NCBI RefSeq assembly: GCF_003704095.1
Contig: NW_020845652.1
Span: 1 to 64,000 of the forward strand
Direction of reading: 5' to 3'
Length of the DNA: 64,000 nt
Origin: Pocillopora damicornis
Lineage: Eukaryota
The notes beneath the pieces were generated by a model, which saw only the letters and a program-made list of their open reading frames with translations, was not told the DNA's origin and searched no databases. Positions 37,808-50,300 of the stretch are shown here, piece after piece; the first letter of the stretch is position 1, and every line of letters begins with the position of its first letter. A program made the translations under genes and the position numbers.

Positions 37808-39338
37808 CTGGTAGATAGTTGCTTAAAATTAAATTTTGATGCAATGCGAGATAAAAATCATTGCGAAAATAATTTTGCATTTTTTCGTATTATCATGGTG
37901 TCATGGAACTGGCTTCTCTGATGAAAATGTACGGAAAGATTGAAAAACTGACTTCCTCTCCTGCAAAGGGGTTAGCGGTAAAGATTTTCAACCCTTATGA
38001 TCTTAAACGGGTAAGCGTTTAAGGGAATCCCCAAGGGCGTATGAATTTGTTTGTCCTTCCACCGCCAAATGACTGAATACTGCAGAGAGAAAAGTGACCA
38101 TGCGAGATTTTTGAATTGAATTAGATCATTCTTAGGTAAGACTTCTTGATGACCTTACATGACCCCTTTTTTGTATAGTTTAGGCTTAAATGGAACTGTT
38201 CTCTTCCAGACATGGGATTACATTCGAGAGTGTGTTCAGTTCTCTTTGGTCGCAATCAAGATTACATCATGAAAATATGACCATAACAACCAGTTTGGTC
38301 AAATAAAAGGTTGAAATGTCTGTCAAACCTCTGTGAAGATGGTGAGAATCTGTTTAGATTTTCACGGTCATCTGTAAAGCAGCTGCGAAGGCTCTTGAAT
38401 GTTTGACAAATAGAGAACGTTCGGATGCCTTTTTTAGTGTCATCCTTGTCATAAACACACGCACTGCTGTTTTTGCAAGTATCTAAAGAAAAACATATGA
38501 CGAAGCAGCGAAATTACCTTTCCTTGGAAATTGTGTAATACGTTTGTGCTTTTGAACCCACTCATTCAGTTCGCATTCTTAAATTTTTCATTAGCAATTG
38601 TAAAATTTTGTGATTTAAAAGCATTTTTGGGTAACACGAAGACGTTTCATGACAATGAATCCAGATCTCTTACGGTGTTTTAAAAGGATGAAAGCATCAA
38701 CGATATCAGCTATCTTCCAACCTCCACCGAAAAGAAGCGCAAAAGAAAAAAGAAAAAACGATAAGTAACAGTAAATGATAGATCGTAATCACAAACTGAC
38801 TCTCGCTTCTGAGATTCCTAAATCCAAATCCATGCCTTTTGTGCGCAGATTGTAAATGATCCGTTTGAAAATGATTCGGAATCCCAAATAATTTAATTGA
38901 TTGACAGGAGGACGACAGTTTTTGGGAGAGCTTTTGGTGAAAAAATAGTAGGACGAAAATGTGGGAGCTAATGAGTTTTTCCACGTTTAACCATCTGATG
39001 GTGGAAAACTGAATATTTTTGCGTGCATAGCACAATTATAAAAAGGCGCCCTGAAGAAACATTCTTTGAGGAATAAACGACAAAATGTGAATTTTGAAAT
39101 GATGAACTAGAGAATCGTTTTTGATCTAAACTGCTACGTCTTTTAAGGGATTGGAGGGGAAAAAAAAGCACGGAATGGAGCCTACTTGACCGATAATAAG
39201 CAAACTGGTTAATATCAGCAAATATTTTTATTGGCTTTTAAGTGACATCAACACTGTTAAGATTTCAGTCTTAACTGTCTTGTCCAAATCAAGATATGCA
39301 TGCAAAATGCCATCGACTTAAGAATTCCTTGTGTGTCT

Positions 39339-40805
39339 TCAGCTACACTTGCAATGCGTTGCTGGACAATTCCCCTTGGCACAATTTGATGCACACCAAG
39401 CATCCATTCCGGCATTACCAGTCCACGGGCCAGCGGCGACGCAATTTCCTCCGGCACCCCCTCCCCCTGGAGTTGTGGGACTTACTGGAGGTGGAGCTTC
39501 AGTAGTGACAGGGGGAGGCGGAGGCGCTTGTGTGGTATTTGGGACGGGAGGTGGGGCCTGCGTTGTCACAGGTGGAGGAGGATTGGTAACTGGAGGTGGT
39601 TGTACCCCGGATGTAAGGTATTTCTTGACGGCGTTCATCAGTGGGTATTTGCCTTGCCCGCAGTGCTCCCCAGAGAAGTCATCCAAGTCAATCGCCCAGA
39701 ACATAACACCTCGTAGTGCGTTCTTCATTACCACGTTGTCGATCTTGTAGATCAAGCTTGCCGGGTTGTCGAAACCCACCCAATCCTTACCCTTGTAACC
39801 GTACGGTGCCATGGCCTTGTTGTCTTCTACAACAGTCAGTCCCATTTTACAGATCTCATAGTAAGCCAGGAACCCCTCCGCGCCTGTGAACTTTCCTTTG
39901 GGGGTGTACTGGTAATCTCGTGCCGCATCAAGGCCATTCGTTGCTGGGCTTGATAATCCAAACGCGCGTCCGTACGTAGCTAGACCGAGGACAATCTTGT
40001 TAGCTGGCATCCCTTTCCTGATTCCCGGCTTTTCCCACGTGTCCCTGTTGTTCATCCAGTACCACACAGCAAAGGGGAGGGTTAGCTTGTCGCCTTCTGG
40101 CCCCATAGCAGCGTGATGCCCTGTTTTGTATTCCCACGTGCCGTGAAGATCATAAGTCATTAAATTGATCCAGTCAAGGGGCTCGGCAATAGCAGCAATG
40201 TCGTATGCGCCTTTGATAGTCCAAAGTCCTGCCGCCACCGCTGCAGTCAACAGCAAGCGCTCCTTCCCAGTCGCTTTAGCTTCTGCCTCGAATGCAGCTC
40301 TTAACTCTTGACAAAGAAGAGTGAATCTTCCCTTGTCGCTCTTGGGAGATCCACCGCGCATCCCAGGATACTCCCAGTCTAGGTCCAGACCGTCAAATCC
40401 AAACTTCCTCAGAGTGTCGATGGACGACTTGATAAAAATCGCACGTTTCTCTTTCGTAGCCACCATCTTAGAAAATGGGCTGTCTTTCTCTTCATGGGTC
40501 CAGCCGCCAACAGCGATTTGAGTCTTCAGCTTTGGGTTGACTTTCTTGAGTGCATTGATTCTTCCATACAGATCGTGGTCGTTTTCTTCGTAGATCTCCA
40601 ATGTGTGAGTCGCGCGGCTGACCTGTGCAAAGGAGAAGAGCACATGGGTACATAGGAATGGATCGATGTCTTCAGGCCAGAAGGTTCCTCCTTTGGGTCG
40701 GTACTGAGACCAGTTGGTGTAGTAACATCCACGGATGTACTCTGAAGCCGTAGGCTGGAAAACTAGCGCAAAGCCAAGGAGCAGAGAGATCAACACCAAT
40801 TTCAT
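39339..40805 (-). CDS. Secreted GH18 chitinase, intronless CDS, 488 aa
   Basis: Signal peptide, [27 protein letters not shown] catalytic motif, [15 protein letters not shown], Pro/Thr linker, terminal six-Cys module. Confidence 0.97.
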   Translation of the reverse strand: MKLVLISLLLGFALVFQPTASEYIRGCYYTNWSQYRPKGGTFWPEDIDPFLCTHVLFSFAQVSRATHTLEIYEENDHDLYGRINALKKVNPKLKTQIAVGGWTHEEKDSPFSKMVATKEKRAIFIKSSIDTLRKFGFDGLDLDWEYPGMRGGSPKSDKGRFTLLCQELRAAFEAEAKATGKERLLLTAAVAAGLWTIKGAYDIAAIAEPLDWINLMTYDLHGTWEYKTGHHAAMGPEGDKLTLPFAVWYWMNNRDTWEKPGIRKGMPANKIVLGLATYGRAFGLSSPATNGLDAARDYQYTPKGKFTGAEGFLAYYEICKMGLTVVEDNKAMAPYGYKGKDWVGFDNPASLIYKIDNVVMKNALRGVMFWAIDLDDFSGEHCGQGKYPLMNAVKKYLTSGVQPPPVTNPPPPVTTQAPPPVPNTTQAPPPPPVTTEAPPPVSPTTPGGGGAGGNCVAAGPWTGNAGMDAWCASNCAKGNCPATHCKCS

Positions 40806-43800
40806 CGTTAATACTCAGTGATGCTCTTACAGCTAGAAACTGTCCTTAGGGGTACTGAAATACTAACTGTGATTTTTATAGCGTAAGCCCCATGTGGGGT
40901 TGAACTGTATACAACACCTGTTGTCTGTATTTTTTCAAGGTGCACGTTTCCGTTGACAACGATCCACCATGAAGTAGCATCAGTTGTTCAAGCATGTCCC
41001 TCACGAGCTGCACGTGTAAAAATAGTTGTTCAGGGAGCGATATTTTTGCCAAACATTGCATTCTGCTTTATACGCCCTCGCATCCTCCATAAGTGTAAAA
41101 AAACACTGTGCATTATATCTAGAAACACGAAGGACTTTCTTGTTCTCCATTTTTATGACAATATCTAACTTACATAGTTAATCTCGGGAGCATAGACTTG
41201 GGTCGGGAAATCATTGTTATTGTTATTGGATACCTCAAGGTATATAAAGGAGTCAGACATCACGGCTTTTTTTCAGATATAACACAAATGAATTTCAAAT
41301 TGACCTGTGAAACAGTTTTTTTATTCAGAAATATCCTAAATCAACGCTATCTAAGACAAGCATTTTAAATTGACTTATCTATCTTGTGATGTGGACCATC
41401 TAGGATTTATGACTATGTTATGATATTTATCATACTCTCTCTCTATAAATGGAGAATAAAATTGTATTGTTTGTTGTTGACATGTATTGTATCTACAACC
41501 TTTTAGTTGGTTATCAAGCACAGTATGCCAAGATGTTGGTTATTTACACAAGAACTGAATTTTCTCTTTGTAGAAGGGTGAAGTAAGAGTAAACGAACAC
41601 TGTCTTTAACAAATGGTGTTGTTGACTTTGTCTACAGGTGTTGCCTAATCTTGCAAAAAGCTTTCAGAACTTTTTTTTACCATCTCTTTGACTGTCTTTT
41701 TTTCTTCAACTACTCTTTAATCTAGCTATGTATTAAGGAAAAATTGAATAAATTATGTGAAAGTTATCTTATTACAGGTTTGATTTATGTCGTTGCACAA
41801 ATTAGAACCAAAGTTTTAGGAAGCTTTTCAAAGTTTACCCACATAGATAAGGTCGCAGATTATGTAGCCCACATGCAGAGTTCCTCGCATATACCTGATG
41901 ATTCATTTTCCATGTTCCAACACCAGTTTAATAAACTAAAGGAATTTCCTCTATAAAATTCTTTTGACTTCATTTTACGGATTTCATTTTTTTCTATATT
42001 CCATTGTACTCCAGATTTTTGTCTCTATAAGTTTTGAAAAGAGCGTGTGGAAAAAAAAACCAAGCGTTAGTCAGTAGGATATTCAAAAGGGAATCGATGA
42101 TATAACGTTTGGTAAATCTGCATCCTTGTTTAGAGTTCTTTTGAGATTGTTATAGGATTTTTTGGGGGATTCCAAGAAAATTATCAAATTTCAAATGGTA
42201 AGGGATGCGTGCGACAAACTGATTTGACAATTCAATTGATCTCAGCGCACATAAAGGCATTTTCTGCCGATGAAAAGGAAGTTGAGGGATCAAGAGTATT
42301 TCCTAATAACTATGTCTTTTCTCAATTTTGCGTGAAACTAGGAAGGGATGAGGTACAATTTTTTCGTCCTCACAGCTGGTGAATTTTGTGTCGAAAATGA
42401 AAAAATAATGAAATTTATCGGGACATAAAGTGTGAGTTTTTCACAGCCTAAAATAAACTGAGTTTCTTTCATAGGGACTTACGTCAGCTGAAAACACCCT
42501 ATGAGATCAACTAAACCAATACAGGCTTCGTGTATCTCTTTCCTTCTCACAATCCAAATCGAAAGCCAGACTGATTGTTCCCCGAACTAGTGTTGGTCCA
42601 AAGATTACATTAGTACAGCTAGTTTAATAACCTATTTGCGATCTAACGAAAGAGTAATTTGTTGGTCTTATAATTGAAAGACTCAGCTAACGCCTGACTT
42701 TATCATTATTACGATTAAATATACCTTTTATTACAGTATGTAACCATAAGTTAAAATAAAATGCGCAAGATGAATGATGCATATCCGACTCCCTTAAGTA
42801 AATCCCTAAAGTACACGATGAATAACCCTAAATAAACCCTTATTAAAAATACGTTGGTAAATTTTGCCAATAACCCTGTCATGTATTTTACTCTTACAAT
42901 AGTCTAGCCATGGCGTTCTGTGAAGTCCCTTGATCTGTGGTGATTGCGTGGTTAGTTCTGGGGTCAGGGTCAGTCTAGCTTCATGAGTGAAATAAGTCAG
43001 GTAATTTTGTTGAGAGAGACATTTTATCCAGTGCCTCTTTCCACCCAGAAGTCGGAGCGGCTGCCGCCGAATTTTCTCAGAATCCTGACAAAACGCCGGG
43101 AACAGTATGGAATGAAATAATTCTTATCTCGACTAGAGATGACTGAACACGTGCTTAACGGCAATGAAAGAAACCCTAGGCAGAAAAAGTCTGCTTCGAT
43201 GATAACTGATGCTTGATACTAGAACGACGGAAATCTAGTCGTTTTTTGTTTCCCGTAATCTTGTCCATAGGTAAAAATGAGATTCTTTTGATGTGTGGTA
43301 TTTGTGATAAGATCTCCTTCAGGGGATCGAAGAAAACACTCAAATTTATCTCGTTACCAACATTGGGCTTCTTCGTTCATTACTGCAATTACTGGGTTAC
43401 TTTGCCGACCAAGGGTCTGGAAACCAATATAGTTTTAAGTAGGAAAGCTTGGCGCGGGCGGCTGTAGTTTTGAATCTGACTGGTTGAGCGAGTGGAGTAG
43501 GTTTTCTGGCTAAAACTAGCAAAAAACAAAGGATAGCAAAACCACTATATTTCTTTCCACCTGTAATTGAAAATTTCTCTTTAACCCTGGTTTAACAGAT
43601 AGCAAAATTTTGGGACTTATTCCAACTTAATGTAATACTATTTTTTTTCTGTCTCGTATTAATAGCTAACTAATTGAGACTACATTTTGATATGAAAATG
43701 CCTGTTTACAGGTAACAGTACTATACAAATGCCTGATAATTCTTTTGAAAATATTATGACTCAAATGTTTTGGAGTATTTCAGTGATTCATTTCTTATTC

Positions 43801-43837
43801 TACAGAAAGAACTAGACTCAAGTCTATCTATCTATGT

Positions 43838-44145
43838 TAATTTCTTACTTGCCAAGTGCTGGGGCCATTCTGGGGAATATTGGCTCAAGGTCATGGCAGT
43901 ATCAAGTGCACTAGGGTACACATGAAAATGAACAAGATTCAATATTCCCCAGTTTGCATCAAGCGAGTTTAGTAAGTAGTTTATTATATGGCACTCAGAC
44001 CAAACTTGTTTGATTTAAATTTTCCAGCTTTTATGACCAGAAGTACCATGCCTTATGACTGTTTCCATGGAAATGGGCTGTATAGCAAAATACAGACCAG
44101 GTCAGAATACTTGGATTTACTTTAGGAATACCTTGCCATGCAATA
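43838..44145 (+). mobile_element. Hairpin-ended repeat; degenerate inverted copy at about 52738-53055
   Basis: CTGGGGAATATTGG...CAATATTCCCCAG internal palindrome; shared interior (..TTTCCATGGAAATGG.., TATATGGCAC) with the second copy. Confidence 0.6.
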
Positions 44146-44320
44146 AATTTCTATATTTTGTTTATTAAAAATGTGGAACCTCAAGCATAGTCAATTAAGC
44201 AGAACCTTGTTTTTCCACTATACACATTGTATTTCAACTATAGGTACCTTCCATAGTTAAGCAAATGTACAATGATGCCTCATAGACATTTTCTTATTGT
44301 TATAAAGGAAAAAATATAAC

Positions 44321-45757
44321 TCAAGTGAGATCACCAGGTGAGATTACATCAAATGTCCACGGACTCCCAGCCAGTGGTTCACCATTAATCTCCACGGATA
44401 CCTTGTGCTTGCCACTACTTTGTGGGATGCAGGTCACTTTGTAACTACCATTTTGATTGTCTTCTATTTCTTTATATAACTCTTCCTCTGTAGAGGTTGA
44501 AATGTTGACAACAACCAAATCATCTTCACAATAGATACTCTCTCCATCTTGATCTTTTGTAATGATTGTGAAGCAAGTCTCCTCCCCTTTCATCACTGTC
44601 TTTGAGAAGCTTCCCTGAAGCATAGATCTTGTCATGTCTGTGGAACGAACAACAATGTTACCTAAACTAGCCTTCAATACTTCTTTGAATTCCTCATTTG
44701 GGACATAATCAACATGAAGTGGTTCAAAACTATCCTCATCTTCAACCTGTAAAGTCTGTCCAAACTGTTCTACAAAGGTGAAGTGCTCATCCAGAACTGG
44801 AAGGGGCAAATCACTTTGCAACACCGTTTCCCCATAGGAAAGAAAATCTTTCAACATTGCTAATCGTGATTCATTTTTTTCTTGTTGCTCTTTAAAGGCA
44901 CTTTGATTTTTATTTCCCAGGTTTTGTAATGTTGCGAGAGCTTCCTGTTCATATAACCTCAGTTTCATGATAAGTTCTTCAACGTTCTTGTGAACCTCCT
45001 CTTCAACTGCCTTTATGTTACGTTCCATTCTAAGAGCACCCTTTTTACGTCTCTCAATCTCTGTTTCACAATCACTCAATACATTCTTGAGCTTCTTAAC
45101 AGAATCCATCACGTTCACTTTGCTTTTCTCTGAGGCTTGCTCGATGCCTTCGACATCATGAATATTGTGAAATTCAATCACGCATAGTTTACAAATACAA
45201 ACTTTGCAGTCGTGACAATAAAATTCTACAACTAGTTTCTCATGTTTTTCCGTTTTACACATGACAGGTCTTCGGATGATTCTTTCAAAATCTTGTTCTG
45301 TGAGATCCTGGATCAGGACGGTACGATGAGATTGGGCTAAAGTTCCACACTTACGATTGTTTTCACAAGATTCACACATAAATTTCTGGCACTCAAAACA
45401 GTAGCAACGCAAGGTTTTGCTCTGGTTGCACATCCAGCAAGTTTTCTCGCAAGAATCGGAGGCTGCAACGGAAACAACTTCTGCTAGTCTGTTGAGGTAG
45501 AAAGGAGTTGGAAGTTCGTCAAATGTACCTTTGCCGGGAATCCTGACAAACGATCGACAAGCAACGCAGTTGATGTCTGATCTCCCGTCAACTGTTGCAT
45601 CCACTGCTTGTCTGTTGAGACATTTTAGGCAGAATGAGTGGTTACAAGGTAGCCGTTTGGGTTCCTCTACTGTTTGGTGACACAATGGGCACTCGGCTTC
45701 TTTTTCCAACCTTTGATAAGGTGAAGTATCTGCACTTCTTCGCTGGGCAGTCGCCAT
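44321..45757 (-). CDS. TRIM E3 ligase (RING, two B-boxes, coiled coil, filamin repeat; TRIM45-like architecture), intronless, 478 aa
   Basis: CPLC..LPCNHSFCLKC..CVAC RING; CWMC..CFEC..CESC; C..EKH..FYCHDC..CKLC..H..H; DNQNGSYKV..P..SGKHKVSVEINGEPLAGSPW filamin motif; no NHL repeats. Confidence 0.92.
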   Translation of the reverse strand: MATAQRRSADTSPYQRLEKEAECPLCHQTVEEPKRLPCNHSFCLKCLNRQAVDATVDGRSDINCVACRSFVRIPGKGTFDELPTPFYLNRLAEVVSVAASDSCEKTCWMCNQSKTLRCYCFECQKFMCESCENNRKCGTLAQSHRTVLIQDLTEQDFERIIRRPVMCKTEKHEKLVVEFYCHDCKVCICKLCVIEFHNIHDVEGIEQASEKSKVNVMDSVKKLKNVLSDCETEIERRKKGALRMERNIKAVEEEVHKNVEELIMKLRLYEQEALATLQNLGNKNQSAFKEQQEKNESRLAMLKDFLSYGETVLQSDLPLPVLDEHFTFVEQFGQTLQVEDEDSFEPLHVDYVPNEEFKEVLKASLGNIVVRSTDMTRSMLQGSFSKTVMKGEETCFTIITKDQDGESIYCEDDLVVVNISTSTEEELYKEIEDNQNGSYKVTCIPQSSGKHKVSVEINGEPLAGSPWTFDVISPGDLT

Positions 45758-46741
45758 TTTTCTGACCTAGCTCTTGTCCTCTCGCTAGTTTCCAGGCTCT
45801 TCAGTCCTCTCTCTTTCCCTGAGTTAAGTTAGTCTCCCAACTAAAACGGATTGTTCAAAGACATTTCGCCAGGACGCAACACATCTTAGTTTTTTCAGTT
45901 TTATCATACAACCACGCTGGCTTACTTAAAATCTTTGGTTGGACGTTGGAATCTTTAATTATGGTTAAAGCTCTTAACTCTTTCACTTTAGTTCCACTTT
46001 AAGACTATGCTTGAACTGTGGCAAGAGGTAGAAACCGGAAATGAACATGATTTTTCTTGTGCTTGTCAATTACTGTCTTTAAATAAAACGTTTCGTGTTT
46101 TTAGTGGTCAACGAAAAACCTGCTTTGTGCAGATCAGTTCAAGCAAGGTAGATAGAGTGATTTAGTTTTAGCTAATCCGGGCTACGCTCACGTGAAAAAT
46201 GGTCACAAATTACGAGATGGATAGAAAAAGTTAAAGAAGAAAACAAACAAAAAAGCCAAAGTAAATAATAACCTGTGACATTAGCCGATGGGAGTTAACT
46301 GGAAATCGCTAGACAGCCCTTCTCGTTTGGAGCTGATTCAACACCTAGATTGATCAACAGTTCAGCATTATATCGAAAGGGATACGGGATTGCGTTAGTT
46401 TTTCCCACTAAATTCCGTGATCAACTGGTTGACAGGAAGCTACCGCGAGTTCTGACTTCTCCAGCATCCACCCAATCAGATGCAAAACTAGACCAAATCA
46501 AAACTTGGTCAACTGTGTTTTAAAATCGTAGGAACAATTAGCATAATGTTCACTTAAGTGGGTCAGTGATAATCCACTCGATCAAAAAGCGTCGCACAGA
46601 GGTTTCAAGATTAAAAGGATTCCTCAAACTTAGTAAACCCATCTTCTGTAGTAAAGGTTGTTCACCGACTCAGTCACGTATTCCTGGCTTTATGTGTCTG
46701 TCATAGTTACTTACGAACGTCCACTACAAAAATAATTGCTA

Positions 46742-46998
46742 TTATTAACTGAGTTGACAACATAAATTGGCCACCATTACGAGTTTCAAAGCTGACGTTT
46801 CGAGCGTGAGCTCTTCGTCAGAGCGAGCAAATTGACCGGCGTCCTACGCTCTGACGAAGGGCCAACGCTCGAAACGTCAGCTTTGAAACTCTTTATCTTA
46901 GCCAATTTACGTTATCAACTCAGTTGATAATACCAAATTTCCTTGTTACACTCTCCTACCGACGCAGCACCACAGTTTGTTTAGAAACTTACCCCTCT
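46742..46998. mobile_element. Penelope-type pLTR arranged as an inverted repeat (arms 46742-46825 and 46847-46931)
   Basis: Arms of about 85 bp are near reverse complements around a 21-nt spacer. The right arm and its tail match the repeat that follows the GIY-YIG remnant at 10787-10912. Confidence 0.8.
46848..46881 (+). ncRNA. Minimal type I hammerhead ribozyme motif (second copy on the - strand at 46791-46824)
   Basis: GCT-CTGACGA-AGGGC CAAC GCTC-GAAAC-GTC-AGC: conserved core boxes, stem II, minimal stem III and a 3-bp stem I, as known for Penelope-associated hammerheads. Confidence 0.6.
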
Positions 46999-47360
46999 AC
47001 AAAGAAAACCGAGAGAATCAAACACGATGTTTAAAGAAAAACTACTGTGTTCATTAAGATACTTTGTATTCTATATACCCTTCTATTTATAACAAGAATT
47101 TCCAAAATATATTTATCTTGATAAGAAATAACTTGTTACCCTCTCTTTCATAATTCATTTCTCAGAAATAACAACACGACGGAGAGCAAAAAACGCCTGA
47201 AAACCCAGTGCGCTGGCTCCATTTGTGCCTATTTGATTTGACTCCTTATTGAGTCCTTTAATTTTCAAATAACAGCTTCGTTTGCCCTTGTTCGCCAGAA
47301 CAATTTCTCTGGTTTTATCTACGGTATATTACTTAAAACCCTCTTTTTTTCTAAAATGTT

Positions 47361-50300
47361 CTAAACCTCTGCAAAAGGGAACCAGCGTCCTTCGCGCATT
47401 TGTTTTACCCATTGCAATCTGCTTCCGTGAAGTTTAAACCTCGTCCACGCGAGGATCTGAATACACGCGCACGCAATAGGCACGTAAACAAGTACATAAA
47501 AGCAGCCCCAGCGTAAAGAGCTATTTGCACTGTCGTGGAAACTAGTTCTGTCGGTGGATGAAGACGCCCAAAGATCGTCTGAGTAAAAGAGAGAATGGCC
47601 TGTTTGTTTCGCCAGAAGCCATGTTCCTATCAGAGGAGCTAGTGTTTGGCCAGGCTTCGAGAAGAGTGCAGAAGTTCCAAATATCAGCGCTGATATAGCT
47701 TGTTTACGATTGTGAAGAACAAAGTCTTCGTCCACGAGGTCACTGATGATCAGATTAAGAAGTTTGCATGTTCCCTCGGTGAAAACGCGATTACTGAAAT
47801 ACAACGAACACTAATCAGTCAATCAGTCATCCCTTAATTAAGGGGCTCTACCTGTTATAAGTAAAACTGAATGGGACGGTTACTTCAACACCTTTTTTTT
47901 TTTTAACAAAACTGCGCTCTAAGCCACCTTCAGTTTAGCCGAACCGTTTACTTGAACATTTATTTTTGTGAACAGTGTCAAGAGGACTTAAGGCTAATGG
48001 TGGAATGACATTTATTTTATCAAATCAACTCTCATATAAAAAATCGCTGAGACCCACTGCTTGCGTGGAAACCGCGGTTTGGGTTAAACCACGTGTAAAT
48101 AACCAGCCCGAAGTGACTACAGATATTTGTTTCTAAGGATGAGCTTGAATCAATCAGTTTAAGTATAATTTTGAAAGCAGTTGCCTACAGAAAAACAGAG
48201 AGACAGTGATCTTAATGTCATAGAGAGGGACTTTAAGGTCTTTGTACCGCAATCTTCAGCAACGCGGGAGAGCATCAAATCTAACGTTATTCAGTCCTCG
48301 ACAACGGACTTTAAATAGGAGATCGCAAGCTGCAACTTAATATGCTCTAACAGATAATGCTGTACTTGTATACAACTTCGGCTCGGTCTTCATGTGAACA
48401 AAAAATCACAACTCGATCAAGACTCGTACACCAAGAACTTCTGTCAGTGGCAACAGGATCTTACCTCGCTATGTAAAAACAAAGCAAACCAGGCCAATTG
48501 GGACCGACCATGAGCATGATCACGCTAAGAGAAAGCTTAACGTAAAACAGCCACTTGATTACAGTGTACACTCCAAAGCGACGACAAAGACCCAGGAAAT
48601 ATAGGTTGTTGATATGAGGAGCAACAAAGGACACACCCAACAAAATGGCGCCTGTCTGAGGAGAAATTGAGTCTCCCAGTAGCTTGTCGAGAAACAAAGG
48701 AAAGAAGTTACTGTTGAAATGGCAGTGAAACACCTGCAAGAGAGAGAAAGCCAGTCAGTTTTAGGTCTTCAACTCTAAAGGAAACCCTTTGAACTTCATC
48801 GCCAAGTTTGCACTTAAGGCGGCTGGATACAGTTTTCCCACGCCCCGACTGACTATAATCAAAGCGCTCAAAGAAACCACTTTCCTATTTGCAGTTTAAC
48901 GATTTTCACGCGTGCGTCGACTATTGAATTAAAGTTTGAAATAGTGGGCATGGTATGGCAATCGCCATTATGCATAGCAAAATGTTTGTGTTACGGGGAA
49001 ATTCTATGGGTTCATTGTTGATTTATGAGCTGCGTTATGACATTGTTTACGAAAAGGGCTCTGAAATAACTTAAATTAAATAAATCAATTTTTTCATCTA
49101 GCCATTTTTGCTTATTTGAAAGCGGTTCTTTGTATCAATGGGGAATTACAGCTTTGGAAATTAAGAATATCTTTCCTTCATTTCTTTCCCGTTTCAAATG
49201 TTATTTCTAGGTCCCTCCCAATAATTGGGAAAACTCGAGATTTTGAGTGTGGTTCGTGTTTTCATGAAGTCTTTCTTTCATAGGTACTCACTTGTATTAA
49301 GTTCATGAGAGCAAACCAGATAAAGTTTGAATGATTCATCAATTGCTTGACAAAAATCTTTAGCTCAAGAGTCTGATCAGCCTCTGACTNNNNNNNNNNN
49401 NNNNNNNNNNNNNNNNNNNNNNNNNNNNNNNNNNNNNNNNNNNNNNNNNNNNNNNNNNNNNNNNNNNNNNNNNNNNNNNNNNNNNNNNNTGAAATGGCCC
49501 CATGTTGTCTCTATCCCAAAAGCGGTACGACAGAAACACAGACATTGAGCCACATCCACTGAACACTGAGCAGTACCAGTTAAGGGCAGTCCGATCTTCT
49601 GATGACAAAGCCAAGTCAGCAAGCAATGCCAGATGGTTCAAGTCAATCATTGTTAAGAAACCATCGTACAAACACAGACAGATAACAAACTGGATTGATG
49701 GATGACACCACTGAAACCATATGCAAAAGAAAGCAAGTGTAAACAGTGGTCCATATGTTATAAGTGACCTGTGAAATAAAAAAGGAAGGGTCTTCTGTTA
49801 GCTTAAATAATAGTTGAAAACTGAGAATCCTTAAAGTGGGAAAACAAGGGAGAAATCTAGAGGGATTGATGAACACAACATTACATGATTCTCTTAATCC
49901 TTTGACACCTGAAGGCATCCAATTAGCATCTAATTTCTCCCTCCAATATCACAAGAATATAGCAAATAATCACCAACCATTAAGAAGCTCTTGATTGCTA
50001 CACAAATTCTCCTTGTCAACACCTTAGGAAATGTATATAAAACATTATCGAGAATATCCCTGCTGATGTTAGGGTGACAGTCTGTTAGTTGACATCCTAG
50101 GCCTGTATCAGCAACTCCAAACCCACCCATTAAAATTTTACTCAGTACAAAACTAATCACTATTATTATCAATATTATTTCTGTGATCAGTATTACAATT
50201 ACTGTCATTACTATCATTGTTTCAAATAATTAAAATTACAGTTATACACTGTTTTTCTCTTCCTCATAGAGTATTTGTCTTGCAATGCCCTTTTTCTTCA

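Noticed and set aside
39331-39750. Gly-rich plus-strand ORF
   Set aside because: Antisense shadow of the chitinase Pro/Thr linker.
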